In this document: positions 7,393 to 17,012 of the stretch, one piece after another
Layout of the letters: every line of letters starts with the position of its first letter
Numbering within the stretch: the first letter of the stretch is position 1
Assembly (NCBI GenBank): GCA_045863235.1
Contig: BTUM01000079.1
Location: forward strand, 1-36,522
DNA length: 36,522 nucleotides
Direction of reading: 5' to 3'
Source of the DNA: Candidatus Xenobia bacterium
GTDB lineage: Bacteria > Vulcanimicrobiota > Xenobia > Xenobiales > QWHO01
The notes under the pieces: model-generated
Database searches by the model: none
The model's input: only the letters and a program-made list of their open reading frames with translations
What the model was told of the DNA's origin: nothing
Position numbers and translations under genes: made by a program

Positions 7393-8889
7393 TCAGGGGG
7401 AGGTCAGCTCGAGGTAGGCCCGGGTCAGCTCGGGTCCGGGGGGCAGGGATAGCTCGCGCTTGAGGCGCTCGACGAACTGGTGGTAGCAACGCACCGCCTC
7501 GTCGCGCTTGCCCTGGCGGGCCAGCGCCTTGAGCTGCAGCGCGGCCGAGGACTCGCTGGTGGGCTCCAGCTCGAGAGCCCGCCTGGCGGCTTGCTCGGCC
7601 GCACCGGGGTCGCCTGGCAGAGAGAGCGCGGCCAGACGGTCGAGGCATTCCAGCGCCACTTTGAGGGCCGCGGAGCGCACCGGGCCCACCCACTCGTCGG
7701 CACAATCGGGGGCGAACTCACCCCGATAGAGCGACGCGGCGGCGGCAAAGCTGCGGGCCGCATCCTGCTCGCTCGGGGCGGCCAGTGCTTCGCGCCAGGC
7801 CCGCTGCATCTGCTCCACGTCCCACCACAGAGCGAGGTCGGTGTTGAAGCGGTAGCTCTTTTCATCGCGCAGCACCACCTCTGGCAGGTCCAGTGCTTTG
7901 CGCAGGCGGTGCACGCTGGAGACCAGGGCTCGCTGGGCTCGGTCGGCGTCGCTGTCGGGCCAGAACAGGTCGCGCAGCCGCTCCTGAGAGACGCTCTGCC
8001 CTCCCCGGCTGATCAGGTAGACGAGCAACCAGCGGGCCCGAGCTGACTCGAAGGCGGGCGGAGGCACCACCCGACCTCGCACCGAGATGACCGTCTGTCC
8101 CAGCGTGACCAGGCGCAGGCACTCCGTCTCGGGTGTTCCCTCGGCCGGAGCGGTGCCGGACGCCCGCTGAATCTCCTCGAGCACAGTCGGCTCGATGGCC
8201 AGTCCGTCCAGTGAGCGTCCGTGCGCCAGAGCCACGCAGGCGTTCAGCACCTGCTCGGCCCGCCCCCGCGAAGGGGAGCCCAGGGCCAGCAGCAGCCGCA
8301 CCACCGGCTCGAGAGGTTCGACCTCTCCCCCGCGAGAGACTGCGTCACTCATCAGATCGTGCAGTCGGCAGGCCAGGCGCACGGCCTCCAGCTCGTCGCC
8401 GGTCAGGCCCAGGCGCTGGCCGGCGGCAACCGCAACCTGCTCGACCGCCTGGACGTGACTTGCGAACTCGGGATGTTGCTGCAGCTCTTCGGTGAAGGCC
8501 AGCAAGGCCGGCCGCAAGGGGGGGCGGCGGCGTCGCTTGCGCAACTCGCGAATTCGTGCCAGGAAGCCGTCCAGGTCGAAGGGTTTCTTGAGGTAGTCAT
8601 CCACGCCCAGCCGGAGGGCCTGAACGGGGGCTTCCTCGTCGGCGAAGCCGCTGATGAGGATCAGGTGCGCTTCGGGCAAGATCTGACGGAGAGCAGTGAC
8701 CGTCTGGATGCCGTTCATCTCGCTCATGCGAACGTCCGAGATGACCAGATCGAACATCCGCTGGCGGGCTCTCTCCAGCGCCTCGCGCCCGCTGGCGGCG
8801 CTCACCACCGAGAAGCCCTCGCGCTCGAGCAGCATGCTCAGGGTCTGGCGCACCAGGTCGTCGTCGTCCACCAGCAGGATGTCCAGCAC
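7393..8889 (-). CDS. Response regulator: REC, truncated HD-like segment, SARP-type wHTH and BTAD domain
   Basis: REC motifs ILLVDDD, DLVISDVRM and YLKKPF; LACRLHDL; ARWLLVYL...LFWPDSD...VHRLRKAL; LYRGEF; LELEPTSE...ELSLPPGPEL. The GTG start at 8889 is inferred (ORF open to 8934). Confidence 0.85.
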   Translation of the reverse strand: MLDILLVDDDDLVRQTLSMLLEREGFSVVSAASGREALERARQRMFDLVISDVRMSEMNGIQTVTALRQILPEAHLILISGFADEEAPVQALRLGVDDYLKKPFDLDGFLARIRELRKRRRRPPLRPALLAFTEELQQHPEFASHVQAVEQVAVAAGQRLGLTGDELEAVRLACRLHDLMSDAVSRGGEVEPLEPVVRLLLALGSPSRGRAEQVLNACVALAHGRSLDGLAIEPTVLEEIQRASGTAPAEGTPETECLRLVTLGQTVISVRGRVVPPPAFESARARWLLVYLISRGGQSVSQERLRDLFWPDSDADRAQRALVSSVHRLRKALDLPEVVLRDEKSYRFNTDLALWWDVEQMQRAWREALAAPSEQDAARSFAAAASLYRGEFAPDCADEWVGPVRSAALKVALECLDRLAALSLPGDPGAAEQAARRALELEPTSESSAALQLKALARQGKRDEAVRCYHQFVERLKRELSLPPGPELTRAYLELTSP

Positions 8890-8940
8890 GGTCGCGCAGT
8901 TCGACGAGGCGCCGGAGCCGGCCTGTAGAAGCACCCGCCC

Positions 8941-10272
8941 ATGGGACCCGATCCGGCCAGAAGCTGGCGTTTTTCCGTCGCGGTTCTGGCCGTGGGGCTG
9001 GGGCTCTGGATGGCCAGCGGGCCGCTGGTGGCGCCTCCGGCCTTGACCCTGCTGGCTCTGGCCTTGATCGCCATCTATGGCGAGCTACGCTCACTCTACG
9101 TACCCGGCTACGGCGCCCTGAACCTGGGCGAGTGCCTCTATTTCGGGGCCACCCTGTGCTGGGGCCCGGCCACGGGAGCTCTGCTGACCGCCCTGCTGGG
9201 GCTGACCTCCGATCGGCTCAACCGCAAGCGCCCTGTGGTGCTGACTTTCAACCTGGGCTGGTCGCTCGTCACCTTCACCCTGGTGGGGATGGTGGCCCGC
9301 GGAGCCGATCTGTCAGCGCCGGCTCGCCTGCTGGCCGCCGCCCTCACCTACGCGGTGACTGCTGGCGCGCTGCAAGCGGCCGCTCAGAGCTATTTCGAAG
9401 GCCTCTCCTTCCAGCACACCGCCCGGATGCAGTTTCAGGGACTCAAGCTGCAAGTTCCGGCCGTGCTCACGCTGGGCACCCTGTGCTCCCATCTTCTCTT
9501 GTTGGCCCCCTGGGCCGTGCTGTTGATGGTCTTTCCGGTCGAGATCACCTCGGCCTACGTGCGCATTCGCGAGCTGCATACGAGCCTGCAAGCCGCCCAC
9601 CGACAGTTGCAGGAAGCCCAGGCTCGCATGCTGGCCGGCGAGCGCCAGGCCTCGCTGGGCGTGATGGCGGCCGGCGTGGCCCACGAGATCAACAATCCCC
9701 TGGCGGCCATGGCGACGACCCTGCACATGCTCCGCCGCCACCCGGGCGATGCGGCCTGCCTGGAGCTATTAGAGAAAGGCATCGCCCGCTGCCAGGGGAT
9801 CACCACCCGCATGCTGGCCTACTCGCGCGGGCCGGGCACGGGCCAGGAGCGGGCCGATCTGGCCGCCGTGCTGTCCGATGCTCTCTTGTTCACCGAGGTG
9901 CAGCTCAGAAGGACTCCTGATCTGGCCGGCCTTCCCCCGGTGGCCTGCGAGCCGGGCGAACTGGTTCAGGTGCTCACCAACCTGCTCTCCAATGCTCACC
10001 AGGCCAGCCCTGAAGTGGAGGTGAGCGCCCGCGCGAGCGGGGCCATGGTCGAGTTGGAGGTGCACGACTTCGGTCCCGGTATTCCTGAGGAGATCCGGTC
10101 CAGGCTGTTCGAGCCGTTCTTCACCACCCGGCCGGTGGGCCAGGGCACCGGGCTGGGGCTCTTTCTCGCTCGGGGCATCGCCGAGCGAGCCGGCGGAAGC
10201 CTGGAGCTGGCTGCCACCGGCCCGGGGGGGAGCACCTTCCGGCTGTTGCTGCCCACGCTGAGCAACAGATAG
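8941..10272 (+). CDS. Membrane sensor histidine kinase
   Basis: Multi-TM N-terminus. H-box GVAHEINNPL, N-box QVLTNLLSNA, G1 DFGPGI, F-box FEPFFTT and G2 GTGLGL. Confidence 0.92.
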   Translation: MGPDPARSWRFSVAVLAVGLGLWMASGPLVAPPALTLLALALIAIYGELRSLYVPGYGALNLGECLYFGATLCWGPATGALLTALLGLTSDRLNRKRPVVLTFNLGWSLVTFTLVGMVARGADLSAPARLLAAALTYAVTAGALQAAAQSYFEGLSFQHTARMQFQGLKLQVPAVLTLGTLCSHLLLLAPWAVLLMVFPVEITSAYVRIRELHTSLQAAHRQLQEAQARMLAGERQASLGVMAAGVAHEINNPLAAMATTLHMLRRHPGDAACLELLEKGIARCQGITTRMLAYSRGPGTGQERADLAAVLSDALLFTEVQLRRTPDLAGLPPVACEPGELVQVLTNLLSNAHQASPEVEVSARASGAMVELEVHDFGPGIPEEIRSRLFEPFFTTRPVGQGTGLGLFLARGIAERAGGSLELAATGPGGSTFRLLLPTLSNR

Positions 10273-10315
10273 CCGGTGGCCCTGCCTGGCCAGGCTCGCG
10301 CACCTGGCCAGGCGT

Positions 10316-10353
10316 TTCAGGATTCTTTCTCGCCAGGAAGGTAAGCTGAGGCC
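10316..10353 (+). promoter_or_regulatory. Shared leaderless-type promoter motif, copy 1
   Basis: TTCAG-gat-TCTTT-N13-TAAGCT-gaggcc-ATG. Confidence 0.65.
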
Positions 10354-10962
10354 ATGATGCAGATTCGCCCCGAGTTCAAACAGTTCATCGGCTCCAGCTC
10401 CTGGGGCCAGCAGAAGGGCTTCTACGAGCCTACCACCGAGGAGCTTGAGGCGCAGGCCTTCCAACTGCCCGTCGACGAGTCCCTCTACGGACCCATCTCG
10501 CGCAGCCATCTGGACTTCCTCAACATCGGTCACAACGCCCAGGATTTCAACAAGCTGTCTCCACAGGTGAGGGCCAGGGCTCAGGAAGTGGCCGAGCGAG
10601 GCGGGACTTGGGGCGAGATTCAAGAGGCCCATGAGCAGGGCAAGCTGGCCTGCATCCACATGAGCAATGTGGCTGACGCGCACAAGGGTTTGATCGGCAC
10701 GATGCTCGGCCCGCACGGACCGGCTCTGGCGCACTTCATGGAGGCCCTGGCCGAGAAGACCGGAGTCGACGGCCTGGCCAGCCTACGGATCGGGGTAGGC
10801 GGGGTGGACATGGTGGCTGGCGATGTCTACCAGGTCACCCCGCAAGAGTACATGGGCTCCAACCTCAATGGCGTCACGGGTGAGCCGGTGGCCCGCGTTT
10901 ACATCGACATGACCAACGGCACGTCGTTTTTGTTGCCCGACGATAAGTTCCGCGGAGCCTGA
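10354..10962 (+). CDS. Hypothetical protein
   Basis: 202-aa ORF with host-like codon usage, preceded by the shared promoter motif. Confidence 0.8.
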   Translation: MMQIRPEFKQFIGSSSWGQQKGFYEPTTEELEAQAFQLPVDESLYGPISRSHLDFLNIGHNAQDFNKLSPQVRARAQEVAERGGTWGEIQEAHEQGKLACIHMSNVADAHKGLIGTMLGPHGPALAHFMEALAEKTGVDGLASLRIGVGGVDMVAGDVYQVTPQEYMGSNLNGVTGEPVARVYIDMTNGTSFLLPDDKFRGA

Positions 10963-11000
10963 CGAGCAGGAGCCAGGCCCTGGATGGCACACCCATCCTG

Positions 11001-11585
11001 ATGGCCAGGGTGCAAGACTACTTTCTCGGTTTTCTGCTCGACGCCACTCTCGACCGCCCCGCAGCGCGCCAATGTCCCCATGTGGCCGCCCTGCGCCAGG
11101 GTGATCCTCATCCCTGGGTGGCCAACCTGCGTCAAAGGGCCCTGAAGCGTTTCTCTCAGGCCGACTGGCTGGTTTTCGACTGGCTGCGCCAGCCCGAGCA
11201 GCTTCATCGACTGACCACCAGGCCCGAGCCACCTTTTCAGGCGGCTCGCCTGAGCCAGCGCTCATTCTGGATCTTCTGCGCCTGGGCGGGACGCTATCCG
11301 CCCCGCCCCGCGGTGTTCGAGATGGGCCAGGTGCTGGGCGCCTTTCTGGCCGGCAATCACGAAGAGGCCTATACCCAGGACCTGCTGGCGCTGGTGGATC
11401 GGCTCCACGAACAGAGCTCGCCCGAGGATCGGGCCAAACTGCTGGCCGGGCTGGGTCACCTGCTCGAAGGGCACTCACCTCGCAGCCTCAAGGGTCAGGT
11501 GGCGCGCCGGCTGCGCAACGCGTTGACTCCTCAAGAGGGAGCCTTGCTCGAGGATCTGATCGCTCAGCTTTCCAGTTTTTTTTGA
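11001..11585 (+). CDS. Hypothetical helical protein
   Basis: 194-aa Leu-rich ORF, co-directional with its neighbours. Confidence 0.7.
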   Translation: MARVQDYFLGFLLDATLDRPAARQCPHVAALRQGDPHPWVANLRQRALKRFSQADWLVFDWLRQPEQLHRLTTRPEPPFQAARLSQRSFWIFCAWAGRYPPRPAVFEMGQVLGAFLAGNHEEAYTQDLLALVDRLHEQSSPEDRAKLLAGLGHLLEGHSPRSLKGQVARRLRNALTPQEGALLEDLIAQLSSFF

Positions 11586-11608
11586 GCCGTACTGATTATG
11601 CTGGCAGC
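11571..11608 (+). promoter_or_regulatory. Shared leaderless-type promoter motif, copy 2
   Basis: TCCAG-ttt-TTTTT-N13-TATGCT-ggcagc-ATG. Confidence 0.65.
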
Positions 11609-12256
11609 ATGAACGTCAACGCTTATCCGCTTCCCAACCGCAGCGAGCTGCTGTCTTCCCTGCGCACCCACCAGGCCAATGGCACTCAGTCCCCGCTGAT
11701 CGCGGCAGCGGCCAGTTGCCTGGATGAGTTCAAGTCCGAGAGTGGAGAGCGGCTGGTGCAAGACCTCCAGCAGGCTCGCTCGACCACCAGCCTGCGAACG
11801 GCTCTGGGCGTGGCCGCCGGCGGCCTCCTGGCAGCGCTCGGTCTGGGCACCGGGCTGGGCCTGGCGGGTGTCGCCCTGGGCGCCGGAGTGGCCGGTATGT
11901 CCCTCTGGCTGGGAGCCCGCCGTCAGGAGAAGCTGGACAATTTCGGGCTCTTCATCGGTGCCGTCAACCTGCAGCAGGTGGTCGAGGGCAAGTTCGATGC
12001 CCAACCTCAACCTCAATCGACCCGTGCCAGGGCTGAAGCACAGCCGATGCCCGATGGCTGGAAGAACCAGAAGAAACCCCAGAGCGACATCGTCATCGAC
12101 ACGGTTTACGACCCGAGCAGCGGCTCTCACGTGGCCCACACCATTTACGAGTTCCCTCGACCTCCTCAGCCCGAGGCACCCCAGACCCGGACCGTGATCG
12201 ATATGAAGCCCGACGCTCGGGGAACCTTCGTGATGGATCGGGTGTACGAGTCTTAA
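11609..12256 (+). CDS. Hypothetical membrane protein with a glycine-zipper-like hairpin and two C-terminal repeats
   Basis: ALGVAAGGLLAALGLGTGLGLAGVALGAGVAG. The start MNVNAY follows the -10/N6 motif. Confidence 0.8.
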   Translation: MNVNAYPLPNRSELLSSLRTHQANGTQSPLIAAAASCLDEFKSESGERLVQDLQQARSTTSLRTALGVAAGGLLAALGLGTGLGLAGVALGAGVAGMSLWLGARRQEKLDNFGLFIGAVNLQQVVEGKFDAQPQPQSTRARAEAQPMPDGWKNQKKPQSDIVIDTVYDPSSGSHVAHTIYEFPRPPQPEAPQTRTVIDMKPDARGTFVMDRVYES

Positions 12257-12290
12257 GCTATCTTTCAGAGGCCTGGAGTAGGTTCTTGCA
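12253..12290 (+). promoter_or_regulatory. Shared leaderless-type promoter motif, copy 3
   Basis: TTAAG-cta-TCTTT-N13-TAGGTT-cttgca-ATG. Confidence 0.65.
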
Positions 12291-13544
12291 ATGATCAAGC
12301 AAACGACAGTCAGCCAGAACGACATTCGCCAGCTCTTTGGCGGGCGAGCTCCGGTCGTGGAGGGCCCCGAGGTGGAGATCCAACACGGCCGCCACGCCCT
12401 GGACCTGCCGGCGGGCTCGGACACCCGCTTGTTGGGCGGCGACCCGCTGCTGGTCACCAGGACCGACGACGGTCTGGTTGCCCGCGATCCCGATTCGGGA
12501 GAGGAGCGCTGGCATTACAAGCCTCCCGAGTCGGGTCGTTTCAGCTGGGCTGCCTCTCAAGATGGCCAGTTCCTGGCCGTGCGCCAGCGAAACCAGATCG
12601 AGGTGGTTCGCGCCGATGAGGGGAAAGGGGTGCAGACTCTGGCCCTGCCTCCCGAGGCCGAGTACAGCACCGATCCGGTGGCCAACACGCATACGATCAA
12701 GTTCGGGCCCGAGCACACGCTGATTGCCGACTACAAGGCGATGGGGCGCGATGGGAGTCGCAGCTGGGCCGAGCACAACCTGGCCTTCTTTGACCTGGAC
12801 ACCGGCCAGGGACCGGCCGTGGCCCACATGGGCTCGGTGGGCCACATGGCCTTCGAGCCTCAGGTCGCTCCGGACGGGCAGACCCTGCTCTGCGATGACT
12901 CCTACGGCCTGAAAGCGCTGGACCTGACCAGCGACCAGAAGCTCTGGCAGCGAAATGACGTGCGCCACGTGAAGTCAGTGGAGGCTGATGGCCAGGGACG
13001 CCTGGCAGTGCTGCACTCGGGCGGCCTGGAGATACTCGACCAGGAGACCGGCAAGACTCGGATTCTGGCCAAGAAGGGCTGGCTGGCCGACGAATTGCAC
13101 GCCCAGGATGAGCGGCTGCTGGTGCAGGACTGGCGCCACGAGAGCATGACCTCGGTGCGCTGGGACGGGTCGGAGGAGTGGAATCTCAAGCTCCCCGCGA
13201 AGACGACCTTCAAGCAGGTCATCGTCACTGACGACCTGATCTACGCTACCGCAGCCTCCGAGGAGGAAGGCTACCAGGTCCGCCTGCTGCTGGCCGACCC
13301 CCGCACCGGCGACGTGCTGGCCCAGAGTCAACTCCTGGGCCACCTGCGCCACGGATTACCGATGTTCCAGGCCCAGGAAAAGGTCTACCTGGCTCTGGAG
13401 GATGGAGCCATCTCCTTCTCCCCCGCGGATTTGAAGCTTGACCAGCTGAAGAGCGATGCCGCCTTGTCCGAGCGACCCGTAGGCATCGAGGTGGGCAACA
13501 ACTTCGTCCAGGTGGGTGGGGTGCGCCTGAAAGCTCGAGGCTGA
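12291..13544 (+). CDS. PQQ-like beta-propeller repeat protein
   Basis: Blade motifs LVARDPDSGEERW, LKALDLTSDQKLW, LEILDQETGK, WDGSEEW and LADPRTGDVL. Confidence 0.8.
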   Translation: MIKQTTVSQNDIRQLFGGRAPVVEGPEVEIQHGRHALDLPAGSDTRLLGGDPLLVTRTDDGLVARDPDSGEERWHYKPPESGRFSWAASQDGQFLAVRQRNQIEVVRADEGKGVQTLALPPEAEYSTDPVANTHTIKFGPEHTLIADYKAMGRDGSRSWAEHNLAFFDLDTGQGPAVAHMGSVGHMAFEPQVAPDGQTLLCDDSYGLKALDLTSDQKLWQRNDVRHVKSVEADGQGRLAVLHSGGLEILDQETGKTRILAKKGWLADELHAQDERLLVQDWRHESMTSVRWDGSEEWNLKLPAKTTFKQVIVTDDLIYATAASEEEGYQVRLLLADPRTGDVLAQSQLLGHLRHGLPMFQAQEKVYLALEDGAISFSPADLKLDQLKSDAALSERPVGIEVGNNFVQVGGVRLKARG

Positions 13545-13574
13545 CAGCGGCGCTCCCAGCCGGGATCGGCACAT

Positions 13575-14273
13575 TCATGCAAGCTGATTTCGAACGGCCT
13601 GAAAGCACCTTTGCAGCTCTCGGCTGGACTCGAAGGCGCAGCGAATCTGCCAGAGGATGAGTTCCATTCCGCCAGGGATCCGAAAGCCTCGAGCCAGAGA
13701 CATCTGCACATCAGGGCAAGCGTATTCGGCCAGAAAGGGAGCCACCAGCTCACTCGAGCGACAAGACAGCTCCAGCAGCAGAATCAGAAGGTCGTCGGCC
13801 TGGCGCGCCTCGGCCCCCAGCCCGGGATCGTGACGGGCATCGAAGTCGAAAAGGCGACAGCGCTCCCCGTCATAGAGCAGGTTTCCCAGGTGGGGGTCGC
13901 CGTGCGACCAGCCCTCCAGTTCGTGGCAGCGGCGCAGTTCGCGGGCCGCCAGGCGGACCAGACTCGAGTCCAGCCGCAGGCTTCGCAAAGTTTGGCCGGG
14001 CAGGTGGCGGATCTCCAGGGAGCGCACCCCCGCGGCCCGACAGTGGTCCGGACCGTATAGCAGCTGGTAGCACGCGATCTCATGCCGCTGCCAGTCAAGC
14101 GGTCTGAGGAAGAAATGAATGGGAAATCGGCCCCAGCGCAACACCACATTACTGACGGCTATGGCCAGGCTGGCACCGGGACGGCGCGCTTTGAGCCACC
14201 AGTTGCCCCGTCGTTCGAGCCGGTTGAAGCGTATTCCAGATAACCGGTAGGCCAGCGAAGTGGTGCCTTCCAC
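13575..14273 (-). CDS. Protein kinase-like / phosphotransferase family protein
   Basis: Catalytic loop HGDPHLGNLL, metal-binding LFDFD and N-lobe WLKAR. Confidence 0.75.
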   Translation of the reverse strand: MEGTTSLAYRLSGIRFNRLERRGNWWLKARRPGASLAIAVSNVVLRWGRFPIHFFLRPLDWQRHEIACYQLLYGPDHCRAAGVRSLEIRHLPGQTLRSLRLDSSLVRLAARELRRCHELEGWSHGDPHLGNLLYDGERCRLFDFDARHDPGLGAEARQADDLLILLLELSCRSSELVAPFLAEYACPDVQMSLARGFRIPGGMELILWQIRCAFESSRELQRCFQAVRNQLA

Positions 14274-14358
14274 TCAGGGGTTCACCTCGTCTCAGAGCCA
14301 GGCGCAGAGAGTCGGGCAAATTGCCGCGACGCGAGCGTGCGAGGTGGAACAGTGATCT

Positions 14359-15462
14359 TCAGGAGTGGGGTTGCTCTCCTCGCCCCATGGCCAGGATGGC
14401 GCTTGACTGGCGGTCGCGCACGAAGAACTGGAACGGGTGGTCGGGCTGGTTGCTGGCCACCCGGTCGGTGACGTAGGGGGTCGGGGCAAAGACCACGGCC
14501 GTGACGGCACTGGCCTGCACGCCGGCCTCGGTCACCTCCACCGCCGTCTGGTTGAGCACCCGGCTCATGGAGAGCTCGGGGCTCGCGCTCATGGCTGAGA
14601 AGTCGGCCTGCCCGGCGGTAAATGCGCGAGACAGGCCCATGGAGCTCAGGGCGTCGGCCAGGTCGAGCTTGCTGCCCACCTGGAAACGGGGCAGGCTGAC
14701 CTCCACGGGGGCGACCTTGATCTCCTTCACCCAGCCGGCAAACTTCTTGGCGTCCAGACCTTGAGTGATGCGGCTCAGCCCGGCTCGCTCGCGGGGCAAC
14801 ATGAAGCAGACCGACATGGTGTTTCCCTGGCATGGCACCTCCAACAGTTGGAAGAGCTCGTTGCCCATGAAACCGAGGTTGCCCTTGAGGTGCATGAAAG
14901 GGTCCTGAGTGACTCGTCCGGACGGGTTGGTGATCGGCTTGAGCTGGAACGGGCACTCCCACGGGCTCGAGAAGGTGACCGAGCTGACCAGCACCAGCCG
15001 GGTAGCGTCGTTCAGGGCCCCAGAACCGAACAGGACCGGTATCCTCTTCTGGGTTGCCGTTTCCACCCAGGCATTGACAGGATTGCGCTCCGAGCCATCG
15101 GGATTGTCGAGGGGCCGGGCCGTGGTCTTGAAACTCTCCTCCAGACCGGCCAGGTAGGCCGGCTGAAAGGGATGCTGAGGGTGGTGCCAGAGGCTGTTCT
15201 GGAAGGGGAGTTTCATGAGGTGTTTGCCAAGCTGGCGAGCCCAGGGATCGGTCAGAAAGAGAGGCCGGCCCATATCGGCGGTGGTCTGACCGCGCGAGCC
15301 CAGGAAGGCCATCGCCAGAGCGCCGGAGAGAGCGAGCGGCGCCATCACGGCATTTCCGCCTGGAAGCTGGGGGTAAACCTCAAAAGCGAGGCGGCTTGTG
15401 CCGCTGATCACCATCTCGCTGGCGGAGGTCACCAGGGAGCGAAGCTGGCCAATAATCTTCAT
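14359..15462 (-). CDS. Serpin (serine protease inhibitor) family protein
   Basis: VNAWVETATQKRIP, TRLVLVS..F...W, LPRF, the hinge EVTEAGVQASAVT and DHPFQFFVRD....IL.MGR. Confidence 0.92.
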   Translation of the reverse strand: MKIIGQLRSLVTSASEMVISGTSRLAFEVYPQLPGGNAVMAPLALSGALAMAFLGSRGQTTADMGRPLFLTDPWARQLGKHLMKLPFQNSLWHHPQHPFQPAYLAGLEESFKTTARPLDNPDGSERNPVNAWVETATQKRIPVLFGSGALNDATRLVLVSSVTFSSPWECPFQLKPITNPSGRVTQDPFMHLKGNLGFMGNELFQLLEVPCQGNTMSVCFMLPRERAGLSRITQGLDAKKFAGWVKEIKVAPVEVSLPRFQVGSKLDLADALSSMGLSRAFTAGQADFSAMSASPELSMSRVLNQTAVEVTEAGVQASAVTAVVFAPTPYVTDRVASNQPDHPFQFFVRDRQSSAILAMGRGEQPHS

Positions 15463-15731
15463 AGGACAGGAGTTATTGCATTCGAGAGTCCGATGTTCCT
15501 GTCAGGACGCGTTTTTGGAGGGCTTGCCCCAATGTCATTTCCGGCTGAAGACGAACCTTGTTGTGGTCCGGAAGGATCCTTCCGGTCCCTTGTGGATGTG
15601 GATCTTCATTGTTTGAGATGGCCGAGAGGCAACCCGCGAGCAGGCTAAGATGACCGGACAACAGCAACGAGCCCGTCCCCTGCAATGGTCCGGGAGGGTG
15701 GCCGCCAGAGTCGTCAAAGCAAATAGGCCTG

Positions 15732-17012
15732 TTGGTCACCCTGGAGCACACATACCGCTACGCGGCTCCCTCCAGCGCGGCGCCAGGCAGGCTCCACCTG
15801 GCGACCGAGCTGCCCTGGTTCTTTCAGGGCAACCTGACCGCTCCCCGGCGCACGGCCGATCTGTTGCTGGCCCTTTCGCGGGTGGTGCGCTCTCGCTTTC
15901 ACACGCCTGCGGCCATGCTGGCCCGCATCCTGCGCGAGGCCGACCCGGTCATCACCTGCGGGGTCGACCGGCTGCGGCTGGAGGGCTTCTCGGCCTGCTG
16001 TGGAGCCTACGCGCGCGTCGACCTGCTGCCGGCTGCCCTGGACGGGGCTCTGCTCTCGCACGGAACCACCAACGTCGATTTCAATCCCGAGATGCGGGCC
16101 GCGCTGACCGCTCTGGGCGAGGGCGAGCGCTGCGCGCTGACGGTGGGGCGCGAAGGGATCGAGCTGGCGGGAGTGAGCGAGAAACGAGTCCCCCTGCCTT
16201 TGCGCTGGCTGAAGGGATTCGTCGAGGCGCAGGCCCACCAGGCCCGCATGCAGCTCTTCTTTGACATCGACGCCAGCGAGACGCGCCGCTTTCTGCGCGA
16301 GCTGAGAGGCGAGTCTTCGGGCTACGTGGTGAGTGCCGGGCGGGGCCTTCGTCTGAGCCAGGTCAAGGCCCCTGGCGCGGTGAGCGTGGCCGGGGTCCAG
16401 CGCCTGAAGGTGCTGCAAGACCTGGCCCGCCACGCTCGCGGTCTGCGCGTCTACGGGCATGACGGGGGAGCCTCGGCTTTCGAGTTGATCCTCCCCGAGG
16501 CGCGCTTTCACCTCGTGCTCAGCCCCGAGGTGTGGCGCGGATTCTCGGGCGAGGGCCAGGTGCTGGGGCCGCTGCTGAGCCCGGCCGATAGCGAGCGTCT
16601 GCGCCAGGCCTTGAGCTGGCAGCCGGTGCTCTCGGTGGAGGAGCTGAGCGCGCGCTCGGGCCTGGCCGGACCTGAGGTTCTCTCCGCCCTGGCTCACCTG
16701 GGCAGCCGGGGCGTGGTGGGCTACGACCTCGAGTTGGGCGGGTGGTTCCATCGCACCTTGCCTTACGACTATAGCCTGGTCGAGGAGATGCATCCTCGCC
16801 TCAAGGCGGCCCGCAAGCTGGTCGAGAGCGGCGGAGTGAGGCGCGAGGGGGAGCAGGTCTGGGTGCGCGGCAGCCAGGTCGAGCATCGGGTGCGCTCGGG
16901 CCGCTGCACCTGCCCCTGGTTTGCCGCCCACCAGGGCGAGCGTGGGCCCTGTAAACACGTGCTGGCGGCGCAGCTTCTGGAGGAGGGGGAGGATGAGCCC
17001 ACAGGAGCTTGA
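15732..17012 (+). CDS. SWIM zinc finger domain protein
   Basis: C-terminal CTCPW...RGPCKHVLA. Also DPVITCG..RLRLEGFSACCGAYARVDL and GTTNVDFN. The start codon is approximate. Confidence 0.85.
   Translation: MVTLEHTYRYAAPSSAAPGRLHLATELPWFFQGNLTAPRRTADLLLALSRVVRSRFHTPAAMLARILREADPVITCGVDRLRLEGFSACCGAYARVDLLPAALDGALLSHGTTNVDFNPEMRAALTALGEGERCALTVGREGIELAGVSEKRVPLPLRWLKGFVEAQAHQARMQLFFDIDASETRRFLRELRGESSGYVVSAGRGLRLSQVKAPGAVSVAGVQRLKVLQDLARHARGLRVYGHDGGASAFELILPEARFHLVLSPEVWRGFSGEGQVLGPLLSPADSERLRQALSWQPVLSVEELSARSGLAGPEVLSALAHLGSRGVVGYDLELGGWFHRTLPYDYSLVEEMHPRLKAARKLVESGGVRREGEQVWVRGSQVEHRVRSGRCTCPWFAAHQGERGPCKHVLAAQLLEEGEDEPTGA

Noticed and set aside
15473..15751. Short minus-strand ORFs between the serpin and the SWIM gene
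   Set aside because: No recognisable motif, ribosome-binding site or convincing promoter. Treated as the divergent intergenic region.
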